A stretch of 63,762 bases of DNA, counting the filler. It is 5 parts of 5 records of this genome, joined end to end, with 100 filler letters (N's around TTAATTAATTAA, not from the genome) between each part and the next. Parts side by side here need not be neighbours in the genome. Positions count along the whole stretch, not along the records: positions 25,216 to 40,832 come from SRR20825006_1094; 4 more parts are not named here. The stretch is one strand, 5' to 3'. The notes beneath the pieces are model-generated. The model saw nothing but the letters and a program-made list of their open reading frames with translations. It was not told the DNA's origin and ran no database searches. Below are positions 27,195-37,579 of the stretch, in pieces. A program made the translations under genes and the position numbers. Numbering within the stretch: position 1 is the first letter of the stretch; every line of letters starts with the position of its first letter.

Positions 27195-29183
27195 ATGAAA
27201 ATAATTACACTAACACTATTACTTTGTTTTACAATTACAATATGCCAATCTCAAAGTTTTAAAATTGGTAAAGTAGACAAAGAAGAATTTACAACATCTG
27301 AAGAAATTTTAGAAGGCGCCATTTATTTAGAAAAATACAGAGAAACGTTTTTTGAATATGATGGAGACAAAGGATGGATTTTAATTACTGAAATAAAAGA
27401 ACGTATTAAAATTACCAGTAAAGAAGGCTTAGACTATGCTACAAACAAAGTTTATTTATACAAAGACTTACCCAAGAAAGAAGAAATTTTAAAATTTAAA
27501 GCTTACACACACTATTTAGTTGACGGAAAAATAAACAAAGAAAGTATTAAGAAAAATGCTTTTTTTGAAAGCGAAAGAGATGAGAATTGGACTGAGGTTT
27601 CTTGGGCAATGCCAAATGCTCAAGTGGGTTCAATTATAGAATGGGAGTATACAATTGTTTCACCTTTTTTAAAAATTGATGATTTAATTATACAAGAAGA
27701 TATACCTGTAAGAAACTATGAAGCATTAATACGCACACCTCAATTCTTCACATTTAATATTGTTAGAAGAGGCTATTTTAATATCGTACCAAAACAAGAA
27801 GCTGTTGCAAGAACATTAAGCGTTAAAATAGGATCTGCAAGAACAATATCCACAGCATCTAATGGGTATACTTGGGATATTCATGATGTACACGCTACCT
27901 TTAAAAAGAAAGACATTCCTGCTTTAAAAGAAGAGCCTTTTGTCGGCAATAAAGAAAACTACAGGTATGCTGTTAGCTTTGAGTTGGCTACAATTAAATA
28001 TCCAAATGAAGATGAGCGTAAAATTGCATCTAGTTGGGAAGAGGTTTCAAATACAATTTATAAATCAAAAAACTTTGGTAAACAGCTTGAAAACACCTCA
28101 TATCTAAATGGTGATGTTGATAGAATAAAAGCAATGAATCTTTCTATAGAGGAAACTCTTTATGAAGTTTATAACACTATTAAAGATAGAATGTCTTGGA
28201 ATGGTAAACGCACAAAATATGTTTCAGATAAAATTTCAAGATCATATATGAAACAAACTGGAAATGTTTCAGAAATAAATTTAATGCTAATCTCTTTATT
28301 ACGAGAATTTTATATAAATGCAAATCCTGTATTACTTACTACAAACGATCAAAAGGTATCACTTTTCCCAACTCTAGATGGTTTTAATTATGTAATAGCT
28401 GCTGCAGAAATTAATGATAAGATGTACCTTTTAGATGCTACAGAAAAACTAGGCACGCCAAACGTTTTACCTAGACGAACCTTTAATACAGGTACAAGCA
28501 GGTTGGTGAAACAAGATGGTACCTCAACAGAAATACAATTACAACCTAAAGATGTTACGCAAGATTTAATGCATTTAGAGTATACATTAAATGATGATCT
28601 TTCTATATCTGGAACAATAAAGGAACGTTATTCGAAAATTGAATCGCTTTACTTCAGAAAAAACCACTCTCCTAATAATACAGATGCAAGAATAGATGAA
28701 CTCGTAAAAGAAATTAATATTGAAGATATTACAAATTACGAGGTCGAAAATTATAAGAATTTAGAAGATCCTATAGTTGAAGGCTATACGTATGAAATAA
28801 ACAAAGGTGTAGATGTTATAGCTGGTGAAATTTATTTACAACCTCTACTTTTCAAAAAATTGGCTACTAACCCGTTTAAAAGTGAGACAAGAGATTTTCC
28901 TGTAGATTTTCTTTATCCGTTTTCTACAACAAAATCTGTTAAACTAAATATTCCAGAAGATTTTAATGTGTCTTACCTGCCAAAGAGTGAGGTTGTAGAA
29001 ATGCCAAACAAACTTGGCCGTTATATATACCAAATTTCACAACAAGGTAATGTTATAGTTATTCGTTCTATTACTACCTTTAACCAATCTACAATACCAC
29101 AACAATATTATAAAGAACTAAAGCAGTTTTATGATAAGCGTATTGAGAAAGAGACCGAAAAAATTATAATTAGTAACAAGTAA
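27195..29183 (+). CDS. DUF3857/transglutaminase-like protein
   Basis: Signal peptide; MPNAQVGSIIEWEY, NPVLLTT, FNYVI, LLDAT. Paralog of the upstream gene. Confidence 0.88.
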   Translation: MKIITLTLLLCFTITICQSQSFKIGKVDKEEFTTSEEILEGAIYLEKYRETFFEYDGDKGWILITEIKERIKITSKEGLDYATNKVYLYKDLPKKEEILKFKAYTHYLVDGKINKESIKKNAFFESERDENWTEVSWAMPNAQVGSIIEWEYTIVSPFLKIDDLIIQEDIPVRNYEALIRTPQFFTFNIVRRGYFNIVPKQEAVARTLSVKIGSARTISTASNGYTWDIHDVHATFKKKDIPALKEEPFVGNKENYRYAVSFELATIKYPNEDERKIASSWEEVSNTIYKSKNFGKQLENTSYLNGDVDRIKAMNLSIEETLYEVYNTIKDRMSWNGKRTKYVSDKISRSYMKQTGNVSEINLMLISLLREFYINANPVLLTTNDQKVSLFPTLDGFNYVIAAAEINDKMYLLDATEKLGTPNVLPRRTFNTGTSRLVKQDGTSTEIQLQPKDVTQDLMHLEYTLNDDLSISGTIKERYSKIESLYFRKNHSPNNTDARIDELVKEINIEDITNYEVENYKNLEDPIVEGYTYEINKGVDVIAGEIYLQPLLFKKLATNPFKSETRDFPVDFLYPFSTTKSVKLNIPEDFNVSYLPKSEVVEMPNKLGRYIYQISQQGNVIVIRSITTFNQSTIPQQYYKELKQFYDKRIEKETEKIIISNK

Positions 29184-29557
29184 TGAAACAACTCCTTCTT
29201 GTATTTCTTGGTGGTGGTTTAGGAAGCGTTGCACGCTTTGCCGTAACCAAACTTGTTGTTTACAAACAGCTAAACCTTATTTGGGGAACACTTGCAGTAA
29301 ATGTTATTGGCAGTTTACTAATTGGGCTTATCTTAGGTTATACATTAAAGACAACTGGTTTAAACCAAAATACAGCTTTACTGTTGGCAACTGGGTTTTG
29401 TGGTGGCTTCACCACATTTTCTACATTTGCCTATGAAAACCAAGGGCTGTTAAGAACAGGAGATTATACTACACTTCTTTTATATACAATAGGAAGTTTT
29501 GTGTTAGGTATTTTAGCTGTTTTCCTCGGACTTTGGTTGGTAAAAAGCCTTAGTTAG
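29183..29557 (+). CDS. crcB: Fluoride efflux channel CrcB/FluC
   Basis: GGGLGSVAR, GTLAVN, TGFCGGFTTFSTF. Confidence 0.96.
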   Translation: MKQLLLVFLGGGLGSVARFAVTKLVVYKQLNLIWGTLAVNVIGSLLIGLILGYTLKTTGLNQNTALLLATGFCGGFTTFSTFAYENQGLLRTGDYTTLLLYTIGSFVLGILAVFLGLWLVKSLS

Positions 29558-30179
29558 TAATCGTATCTTTTTCCTTTTTAGCATAGTTCTTTACACCAGC
29601 GTGTATTGCTAAACTAATATGATTGTCTTCTGGAGGAATTGGGCAAGAGTACTTGCCGCTATACGCACAATACGGATTGTACGCTTGGTTAAAGTCTAGA
29701 ACAATAACATCATTCTTTGGTATTTTTAAATCCAAATATCTACCACCAGCATAAGAGTCTTCGCCATTACTGTTATCTGTAAATGGTAAGAATAGATAGT
29801 TGGCATACTTAGGGTCTGTAATTAATTGTTGGCTTTGGTAAATATTTAAAACAAACTCTTCATCTTCCAACATAAAATGAGCTTCACCATATTTAATATA
29901 TACAGGCTTACGCTCAGTTGTGGTTTCCATTATAAATGGCGCCTCAGAAGGTGTTCTAACAAACTTTGCTTTTACAACCAAATTAGTGTCAATAGGAAAG
30001 AAATCTAATGTTTTAAATGCTTTAAAATCTTCTTTAGGCAACGGAGATTCTAAACTATCTTTAAATTCATGATTTATTTTTTCCTGAAATTTTAGGGCTT
30101 TTTTAATTAGAATACTGTCTTGCGCAACAGCAGAAAAGCTAATTAATATTAAACAGATATAGGTAAGCGTTAAACGCAT
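29550..30179 (-). CDS. DUF1684 domain protein
   Basis: LFLPFTD, SYAGGRYLD, LDFNQAYNPYCAYSGKYSCPIPP. Signal peptide from MRLTL. Confidence 0.9.
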   Translation of the reverse strand: MRLTLTYICLILISFSAVAQDSILIKKALKFQEKINHEFKDSLESPLPKEDFKAFKTLDFFPIDTNLVVKAKFVRTPSEAPFIMETTTERKPVYIKYGEAHFMLEDEEFVLNIYQSQQLITDPKYANYLFLPFTDNSNGEDSYAGGRYLDLKIPKNDVIVLDFNQAYNPYCAYSGKYSCPIPPEDNHISLAIHAGVKNYAKKEKDTITN

Positions 30180-30197
30180 CTTTTTCTTTTTTTTTTG

Positions 30198-30236
30198 CAA
30201 AATTACAAAAGTGATTCCTTTTTTTATGTAGCTTTA
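30198..30236. promoter_or_regulatory. Divergent Bacteroidota -7 promoter elements
   Basis: TAATTTTG on the minus strand at 30198-30205 (TAnnTTTG consensus) and TAGCTTTA on the plus strand at 30229-30236. Confidence 0.5.
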
Positions 30237-30253
30237 CATCAATTAATTACGAG

Positions 30254-30322
30254 ATGAAAAGACAACAATCAATTTATACATGTACTATGGTCATTTTAAG
30301 ACCTCGGACTACTGTATTCTGA
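30254..30322 (+). CDS. Putative 22-aa leader peptide MKRQQSIYTCTMVILRPRTTVF
   Basis: Short ORF between the promoter and an intrinsic terminator upstream of the MFS gene. Confidence 0.55.
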   Translation: MKRQQSIYTCTMVILRPRTTVF

Positions 30323-30348
30323 TTGTTACTTATATATAACGATTTCAC

Positions 30349-30383
30349 AATGTCCGATGGTATAATCATCGGGCATTTTTTTT
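30349..30383 (+). terminator. Intrinsic terminator (attenuator) in the 5' leader of the MFS gene
   Basis: AATGTCCGATG-gtataat-CATCGGGCATT followed by a T-run. Confidence 0.75.
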
Positions 30384-30499
30384 GTCATTTACTATAATTT
30401 ACTCGTTGCAAACATTTTACACATTGTACTATCATTAAAATAGATAGTTAACTATTTAAATTCATTCTAAATAAACAGACCTTTACAAAAACCAATCAT

Positions 30500-31690
30500 A
30501 TGAAATTCTTTAAATTTTATGCAGACTCTTTTAAGGGCTTAAGTAGAGAAATGTGGTACCTCTCTATAATTATGTTTATAAACAGAGCTGGCGCCATGGT
30601 AATCCCATTTTTAAGTTTATACCTTACCAAAAGTGAAGGCTACACCTTACCACAAGTGGGCTGGATAATGTCTGCATTTGGAATTGGCTCTGTAATTGGG
30701 GCTTGGGTAGGCGGACAGTTAACAGATACTATAGGTCATTATAAAACAATGGTGCTAAGTTTAATATTAGGTGGTTTAGGGTTTATAGGTCTACAGTATT
30801 TACATACTTTTTGGACGTTAGTTATAGGCGTAGGTATTGTGATGATATTTGTAGACTCATTTAGACCTGCAGCTTTTACAGCAATTAATGCTTATAGCAA
30901 GCCAGAAAACAAGACCAGAAGTGTAACACTTTTACGTTTAGCAATAAACCTTGGGTTTTCTATGGGTCCAGCACTTGGCGGACTAATTATAACTAGTTTA
31001 AGTTATAGTGGACTTTTCTGGGTAGATGGTGTTACCTGTGTAATTGCAGGGTTATTACTTATAAAATTACTAGACCCTAAAACTGCAAGAGAAGAGCATC
31101 AAGAAGTTGTACAACATCCATTATCACCATATAAGGACTTTACTTACTTATGGTTTATACTAGCCATCATTTTATTTAGTTTGGCATTTGTACAGTATTT
31201 CTCTGTAATGCCATTATTTTACACCAATATTTATGCGCTAAGTGAAGATGAAATTGGTTTACTATTAGCATTAAATGGTCTTGTGATATTCTTACTTGAA
31301 ATGCCACTTATAAAATATTTAGAAACCAAAGCTGTATCTGTATTAACCTATATAATTTGGGGAACAATTTTAACAGCATTCAGTTTCTTAATTCTTAATG
31401 TTTTTTCTTGGATAGGTGTATTAATAATAGGTATGTTATTAATGACCGTAGGCGAAATGATTGCGTTTCCGTTTACAAATAAGTTTGCATTAGATAGAGC
31501 TAAAGGCGGAAAAATGGGTGCATATATGGCACTTTATAGCATTTCATTTTCAATAAGTCACATTTTTGGGCACAATACAGGTATGAATCTTGTAAGCAAC
31601 TTTGGTTATACAGCAACTTGGTTTACAATGGCTGCTTTGCTTGGAATAGCAGTACTTATATTCCTTTCTATAAAGTTAAAACAAAGATAA
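30500..31690 (+). CDS. MFS transporter (MdtH-like multidrug family)
   Basis: INRAGAMVIPFLSLY, GGQLTDTIG motif A, AINLGFSMGPALGG, about 12 TM segments. Confidence 0.92.
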   Translation: MKFFKFYADSFKGLSREMWYLSIIMFINRAGAMVIPFLSLYLTKSEGYTLPQVGWIMSAFGIGSVIGAWVGGQLTDTIGHYKTMVLSLILGGLGFIGLQYLHTFWTLVIGVGIVMIFVDSFRPAAFTAINAYSKPENKTRSVTLLRLAINLGFSMGPALGGLIITSLSYSGLFWVDGVTCVIAGLLLIKLLDPKTAREEHQEVVQHPLSPYKDFTYLWFILAIILFSLAFVQYFSVMPLFYTNIYALSEDEIGLLLALNGLVIFLLEMPLIKYLETKAVSVLTYIIWGTILTAFSFLILNVFSWIGVLIIGMLLMTVGEMIAFPFTNKFALDRAKGGKMGAYMALYSISFSISHIFGHNTGMNLVSNFGYTATWFTMAALLGIAVLIFLSIKLKQR

Positions 31691-31691
31691 T

Positions 31692-31767
31692 TTGGGCGTT
31701 TCCGCCAGTACTAACTGGCGGTCGCGCTTTCGGCGTTACACGGTAACTTACCTCAATCGCTAACGCA
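31692..31767 (+). ncRNA. Flavo-1-like structured RNA / intergenic repeat element
   Basis: TTGGGCGTT-hairpin(CCGCCAGT..ACTGGCGG)-TCGCGCTTTCGG...CAATCGCTAACGCA. GC-rich island between convergent genes. It resembles the Flavobacterial Flavo-1 motif as I recall it; not verified by a covariance search. Confidence 0.55.
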
Positions 31768-31775
31768 AAGAGATT

Positions 31776-33305
31776 CTATTTTTTAATAGCCTTCATAAAT
31801 CGTTTAAGCTCTTGTGTAACTTTAGGTGCTAATATGGCAAGTCCTATCATATTAGGAACTAGCATAGCAAAGATCATAGCATCACTAAATAATGTCACTG
31901 CTCCTAAACTTGCAGCAGCACCTAATACAGTTGCACAGCAAAATAAAATCTTATAGATATACTCTATCTTTTTAGTTCTCCCGAATAAGAAAGACCAAGC
32001 TTGGTAGCCATAGTAAGACCAAGAAATCATAGATGAAAATGCGAAGAGTATAACAGCTAAACTCAGCAAATACGGAAACCAAGAAATACCTGTTTCTAAT
32101 GCCTGTGCAGTTAATAAAACACCTTCTTCATCAGACAATTGAGCGCCTATTTGCAATTGCCCTGTTATTATAAGGACCAACGCCGTCATAGTACACACCA
32201 CAACAGTATCAATAAAGGGTTCAAGAAGGGCTACCAATCCTTCACTTGCTGCGTATTTGGTCTTAACGGCACTATGCGCTATAGAGGCACTACCAATTCC
32301 TGCTTCGTTTGAAAAAGCAGCTCTTTTAAAACCTTGTATAAGTACTCCAATAAATCCGCCAGCAATACCTTGTGGACTAAAAGCTCCATCCCAAATGGCT
32401 ACAAATGCAGTTGGAATTTCAGAAAAGTTTAAACCTAATATTGTTAGCACAGCCAAGACATAAGCCACAACCATTACTGGTACAATCTTATCTGTAACCT
32501 TGGCTATTTTCTTTATACCACCAATAATAACAATGCCGACAAGAATGGCCATTATAATACCAAACACCCAACCTTTACCGTAAATAAAGCTTTGCTCTGC
32601 TCCAGTAACATGTTCAAACAACTTAAATGCTTGATTTACTTGAAACATATTACCACCACCAAAAGAACCACCAATACACATAACAGCAAATAAAGCAGCC
32701 AGTAGTTTTCCTAAGCTGTGCAATCCTTTTTCTCCTAAGCCTTTTTTAAGATAATACATTGGGCCACCAAACACGGTACCATTTGCATCTATCTCTCGAT
32801 ACTTTACGCCTAATGTGCACTCCACAAATTTTGAGGACATCCCTAATAACCCAACTAAGATCATCCAGAATGTTGCGCCAGGACCACCAATTGATAATGC
32901 TATAGCAACACCAGCAATGTTTCCTAAACCTACAGTTGCAGATAGCGCTGCTGTTAATGCCTGAAAATGGGTTACTTCTCCAATATGACCTTCTACTCTA
33001 ATAGTATCTGGTTGGTCACCATTTACAGTAGAGACTGTATTAGAAACTTCTATATCTCCAGCTTGTTCAATTGCCTCATAATCGCCTCTTACTACTTTAA
33101 TAGATTTTAAAAAACCACGTATGTTTATAAATCTAAAATAGATTGTAAAATAACTTGCCCCCAAGATTAAGACTATAAGCACCCAAGGAATGCCTACGTT
33201 TTCTGTTAGTGGTATTTCAGCAAAGATTGCATCTGTAAACCAGCTTGTGGCATTTTCGAAATACGTGTTTATCTGTTCGTCTAAAGTTGATTGAGGAATT
33301 GCCAT
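31776..33305 (-). CDS. Alanine/glycine:cation symporter (AGCS family)
   Basis: [57 protein letters not shown]. Confidence 0.95.
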   Translation of the reverse strand: MAIPQSTLDEQINTYFENATSWFTDAIFAEIPLTENVGIPWVLIVLILGASYFTIYFRFINIRGFLKSIKVVRGDYEAIEQAGDIEVSNTVSTVNGDQPDTIRVEGHIGEVTHFQALTAALSATVGLGNIAGVAIALSIGGPGATFWMILVGLLGMSSKFVECTLGVKYREIDANGTVFGGPMYYLKKGLGEKGLHSLGKLLAALFAVMCIGGSFGGGNMFQVNQAFKLFEHVTGAEQSFIYGKGWVFGIIMAILVGIVIIGGIKKIAKVTDKIVPVMVVAYVLAVLTILGLNFSEIPTAFVAIWDGAFSPQGIAGGFIGVLIQGFKRAAFSNEAGIGSASIAHSAVKTKYAASEGLVALLEPFIDTVVVCTMTALVLIITGQLQIGAQLSDEEGVLLTAQALETGISWFPYLLSLAVILFAFSSMISWSYYGYQAWSFLFGRTKKIEYIYKILFCCATVLGAAASLGAVTLFSDAMIFAMLVPNMIGLAILAPKVTQELKRFMKAIKK

Positions 33306-33436
33306 TGTTAAGAAATATTGATTCCTAACAAATATGTTGAGATTACCCTTAAACTAAAAGGTTACACACTGCTGAAAAATAATCCGCGATTAGTTAAGCA
33401 TATGGTTAACCATAGGTAAACACTAGCTTTAAAGCT

Positions 33437-34522
33437 TTACAACTCTTTTCTAGCAAACTCTATAAGCTGTTCTTTTCCACCAGATCCACTTATGTTTAAT
33501 AGCTTTTTTATTTGATGAATATGTGTCTGAAAACCATCTACACTAATATTCATCTCTTCTGCAATTTGGGTATAGGAATGAGTGTCTCCAAATTTAGCTA
33601 AGAAAGTCAAGACTTCTTTCTGGCGTTGTGACAACTCTATTTTAGAAGATTCTGTAAGTGTTTCAACTTTAATTTTTAAAGATTTTATGGTATCAAGATG
33701 ACTCTCATTTGCAATATGTAATTTATCAAGCTCTGTAGAAAGTTTCAAATTTTCAGAATTTAAATGCTCCAATTGAGATTGCTTCATCTCGCGTTCAGTT
33801 AAAAATTTCCAACTGTATAACAAGATTGAAAATAATAAGATATAGATAAATTTAAAAGAGAGTGCCGTTATCATTCCTGTTAATGTCCAGAACTCCTGAT
33901 CTATATAGGTAACCACTCTATCTTGTGGTATAATTCTATGAGACACAGCTACAATTATTAGTACAAACAGTGCAAAAGATGGCAAATACATAAACTTCAT
34001 CTGTCTGTTACTAAAAGCCTTATTTAGCTCATTAAGTAAAGAAAAGGCAACTATTATAGAGATTGGAATATCTATAAGCCAGATAAAATTATTGCTAATG
34101 GCAACGTTTGTGTAAGATGCTGCTATAAATACAAATGCTATAATACCCATAACGCCAGAAAACAACGCTATAAATTCTTTTTCTGTAAAGCGTTGTACCA
34201 ACCGCACAACCATTGGTCTAAATTTATTATGCTCTATAGATGGTAATGAGAGTAAAATAAACATAGAGTTTAGTAATGATACTGTAACTCCAGAATATAT
34301 TAAAAGTTTATGTGTTGCGCTTAAACCAAAAACCTTGACGCCTAATAACTGTATTACAGACCCAATACCCCAAATAAAGATGGCCCAACCAAACCATTTT
34401 ATACCATTTACTTTGGTATTATTTTCTTCATAAGGTAATTCCTTTTTATAAATGCGCTGGATAACAAAAGCACTTAATAAGCAGACTAAAGCTGTAACCG
34501 TATGTTCTATTGTAAATAACAT
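33437..34522 (-). CDS. Multi-TM membrane protein with C-terminal LuxR-type HTH
   Basis: About 7 hydrophobic helices, a coiled coil, then LSQRQKEVL..SYTQIAEEMNISVDGFQTHIHQIKKLL. Confidence 0.82.
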   Translation of the reverse strand: MLFTIEHTVTALVCLLSAFVIQRIYKKELPYEENNTKVNGIKWFGWAIFIWGIGSVIQLLGVKVFGLSATHKLLIYSGVTVSLLNSMFILLSLPSIEHNKFRPMVVRLVQRFTEKEFIALFSGVMGIIAFVFIAASYTNVAISNNFIWLIDIPISIIVAFSLLNELNKAFSNRQMKFMYLPSFALFVLIIVAVSHRIIPQDRVVTYIDQEFWTLTGMITALSFKFIYILLFSILLYSWKFLTEREMKQSQLEHLNSENLKLSTELDKLHIANESHLDTIKSLKIKVETLTESSKIELSQRQKEVLTFLAKFGDTHSYTQIAEEMNISVDGFQTHIHQIKKLLNISGSGGKEQLIEFARKEL

Positions 34523-34531
34523 GGTTGTAAT

Positions 34532-34969
34532 TTAAGCTTTTATAGGATTATTGTCTACAACTTTAGATAATACAATTTGAGTTTTACACTCACCATAAGT
34601 AATTAGATCATCAATAAGACGTTCTAAATGCTGTTGATTTTTAAGCACAACTTCCATGACAATATTTTCGTTTCCCGTAATACGGTAGCAGTTAATAACC
34701 TCATCATAGGTTTTTACTTTTTCTAAAAACGGTTTTAATTTACCCATAAATGCACGCAAGGTAATAATGGCTTTTAAGTGATTGCCTACCATTTTATAAG
34801 AGACCTTGGTTGTGTACCCTTCAATAATTCCTGCGTCTTCTAATTTCTTAATTCGCTCTGAAACTGCAGGAGATGTAATACCTACTTGCCTCCCAATTTC
34901 TGCATTACTAAGTCTAGCATTTTGCTGTAAGAGTTTTAAAATTTTAGCGTTAATTACATCTACCAACAT
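34532..34969 (-). CDS. Lrp/AsnC family regulator
   Basis: ILKLLQQNARLSNAEIGRQVG..ERIKKLEDAGII, CYRITG. Confidence 0.95.
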   Translation of the reverse strand: MLVDVINAKILKLLQQNARLSNAEIGRQVGITSPAVSERIKKLEDAGIIEGYTTKVSYKMVGNHLKAIITLRAFMGKLKPFLEKVKTYDEVINCYRITGNENIVMEVVLKNQQHLERLIDDLITYGECKTQIVLSKVVDNNPIKA

Positions 34970-35087
34970 ATTAAAGCAATTTGGATTAAAATAATAATTA
35001 TTTAAAGTAAATATACTCTTTTACATTAAAATCTAAATATAAGATTTATAATTACTCATTAATTTTGATGAAAACCAGAATAAAAAA

Positions 35088-35507
35088 ATGCACCTCATTT
35101 CTAACTCATATAGCCAACCTACGGCACATTTATCTGCTAAAGAATTATTAGGTTCTGCTAGAAATGTATTGCGTTTAGTTAAGCGTTTAAAAATTAAGCA
35201 AGCATCGTCTAAATACGACTTAAATGCGCCTTGTAAGCATACCATTTCATTTTTAAATAATTTATCTGAAGATGTTGAGCATCTTGTAAGTACATTACAA
35301 GACAGTTTACAAACACCTTCATTTGTGCAACGCTTAAGTTATGATTCTGCTTTAAAGAAAGACTTTCATTATCTTATAAGCCATTGTGCATTATTAGAAA
35401 TGAAAAACCTATCTGTAAGAACCCTTACAGTTAATCTTAAGCAAGAATTAAAACGCCTAAACCAATTACAGTCCCATTGGTTTAACACGACGTGCTTAAA
35501 AAACTAG
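35088..35507 (+). CDS. Hypothetical protein, divergent from the Lrp gene
   Basis: 139-aa ORF in AT-rich DNA, preceded by a TAATTTTG promoter-like element. Confidence 0.55.
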   Translation: MHLISNSYSQPTAHLSAKELLGSARNVLRLVKRLKIKQASSKYDLNAPCKHTISFLNNLSEDVEHLVSTLQDSLQTPSFVQRLSYDSALKKDFHYLISHCALLEMKNLSVRTLTVNLKQELKRLNQLQSHWFNTTCLKN

Positions 35508-35639
35508 CTGTTAATATTATCGAGATCTAAAATTAATTATGCACTTAAATTGCTTAATTACCTTTGGTATTATTTATATTTATCCATTATTATAGGTTTA
35601 CAGCAATTCTTCCAACATCTCTTAACTACAAAATAATTT

Positions 35640-36590
35640 ATGGATTTTACGAACCCTTTAGTTTATGGTGTACCTTGCTTTTTAGCATTTATTGCTTTAG
35701 AGCTAACGTATAGCAAAACCCATGACAACAAGGATCTTTATGACTGGAAAGACCTTGGCTCTAGTCTTTCATTAGGAGTAGGATCTGCTATTTTAGCACC
35801 ACTATTAAAAACAATATCTGCCATTGTACTATTTACCTTTGTATACAATGTCTTTAACCCAGAAGTAAATGGCGTAAGAACAAATATTATGGGCTATGCT
35901 TCTTTTGGCTATGCTTGGTATGTATGGTTGTTATGTATGCTAGCTGACGATTTTTCTTATTATTGGTTTCACAGACAAAATCATAAAGTAAGATTTTTTT
36001 GGGCAGCACACGTTGTTCACCATTCTTCAGATAATTTTAATTTAGGAACTGCTGTAAGAAATGGATGGTTTACTATTTTTTACAAACCCTTATTTTATAT
36101 GTGGATGCCAGCTATTGGTTTTCCGCCAGAAATGGTCATTGTATGTTTAGGTATTGAAGCATTATGGCAATTTCAACTTCACTCTACGTATGTGCCTAAA
36201 TTGGGTCCCTTAGAATGGGTGTTTAACACACATACCATGCACCAAGTACACCACGCGAAAAATATTGAGTATATGGATATGAATCATGGTGGTTTTCTAA
36301 ACTGCTTTGATAAACTATTTGGTACTTGGAAACCTCTAGACGAATCAATTGATATAGAATATGGTGTTACAAAACCACCTAATTCCTACAATCCATTTAT
36401 TATTCTTACACACGAATACAAAGATATTTGGAAAGACATGAAGCGCTCTAAAAACTGGAGACATAAATTCATGTATGCTTTTGGACCTCCAGGTTGGAGC
36501 CATGATGGCAGCACGCTTACCATAAAGCAGTATAAAAAAATGCTTCAAGAAGAAAAACTACAAACAGAAGAACTTAAAAAAGCATCTTAA
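35640..36590 (+). CDS. Sterol desaturase/fatty-acid hydroxylase superfamily (alkylglycerol monooxygenase-like)
   Basis: His boxes YWFHRQNH, HVVHH, HQVHH. Confidence 0.9.
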   Translation: MDFTNPLVYGVPCFLAFIALELTYSKTHDNKDLYDWKDLGSSLSLGVGSAILAPLLKTISAIVLFTFVYNVFNPEVNGVRTNIMGYASFGYAWYVWLLCMLADDFSYYWFHRQNHKVRFFWAAHVVHHSSDNFNLGTAVRNGWFTIFYKPLFYMWMPAIGFPPEMVIVCLGIEALWQFQLHSTYVPKLGPLEWVFNTHTMHQVHHAKNIEYMDMNHGGFLNCFDKLFGTWKPLDESIDIEYGVTKPPNSYNPFIILTHEYKDIWKDMKRSKNWRHKFMYAFGPPGWSHDGSTLTIKQYKKMLQEEKLQTEELKKAS

Positions 36591-36595
36591 CTAAC

Positions 36596-37441
36596 TTAAG
36601 ATTGTAGTTGTTTTTTAAGCACATAAAAGTGCTCATTTAAAATCAAATCTGGTTTTAAGTGTATGGTATTATTATAGGTTTTTGAAAGGCTGAAGTAATC
36701 CTGATGGTCTATTAGGTTATAATCTGGCAGCGATTTATAATATGAATCCTGCAATGTTAGATAATCACTTTCACTGGTTTTTGAAACTTTCTTATTTAAA
36801 AAGCCCAACAATCTTTTAAAAGCGGTTGATGATTTTAAATCATCTTGAAATGAAGCACTTCCTACATAATCACCATCGGTTTGTATGAGATTAAAAAAAC
36901 TGAATAAACCGTCTGTTTCAGCTTTATCTAAGAAGAAGAGCACACCTTCAATAAGTATAAAACAAGGTTTATCTCCTTTTATTTGTTGTATTTGCTCTAG
37001 TAATTTTGTTTTGTAATCTTCGCTAAAGTCTACACCTACAAAGTGCAAATCACGCTTAGGTAACTTTTTTTCATTTTGCCACTCCTCTATTTTAGAAGCC
37101 TTAAAGTTTACAATCTCAGGCTTATCTATTTCTATATGTATAAGAGATTCATCTAATATAAATGGATACATACTAAAACCGCTACCAAAGTTTATAAGCA
37201 CCTCTATTTGTTTAGATGCTGCTAAATCTTTTATAGTCTCTAAAAAAAACCTGTTCCTTAAGCAGTGTGTATACGTTTCTTCTGAAGATACTTCTGTTAA
37301 GTACTCTTGTATCCAAGCATCTGTTTTAGGGTTAAGCCAAAGTTTTGCATACTCATCGCCACTTAACGCTTCATTAAATGCTCTAAAAGAAGACGTAAAA
37401 AAGGCTGTCTCATGTATTTGTATATGCGATTGTTTGTCCAT
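36596..37441 (-). CDS. Class I SAM-dependent methyltransferase (leucine carboxyl methyltransferase/LCM-like)
   Basis: ETAF..FRA, RNRFF, INFGSGF, EIDKP, LIEGVLFFL. Confidence 0.8.
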   Translation of the reverse strand: MDKQSHIQIHETAFFTSSFRAFNEALSGDEYAKLWLNPKTDAWIQEYLTEVSSEETYTHCLRNRFFLETIKDLAASKQIEVLINFGSGFSMYPFILDESLIHIEIDKPEIVNFKASKIEEWQNEKKLPKRDLHFVGVDFSEDYKTKLLEQIQQIKGDKPCFILIEGVLFFLDKAETDGLFSFFNLIQTDGDYVGSASFQDDLKSSTAFKRLLGFLNKKVSKTSESDYLTLQDSYYKSLPDYNLIDHQDYFSLSKTYNNTIHLKPDLILNEHFYVLKKQLQS

Positions 37442-37579
37442 TTTAAACCATTTAAATTGAAATTGGGATGATTTTAATTTAAAGCTACAGTATATTTTTG
37501 AGACAAATGCCTGTAACCACAAGGATTTAGAAAAGACTAAAATGCCACCACTACCGAGAACGGTATTGGTGACTTTATT

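Noticed and set aside
29000-29183. Fluoride riboswitch upstream of crcB
   Set aside because: The crcB start overlaps the upstream stop, so there is no leader and no motif was seen.
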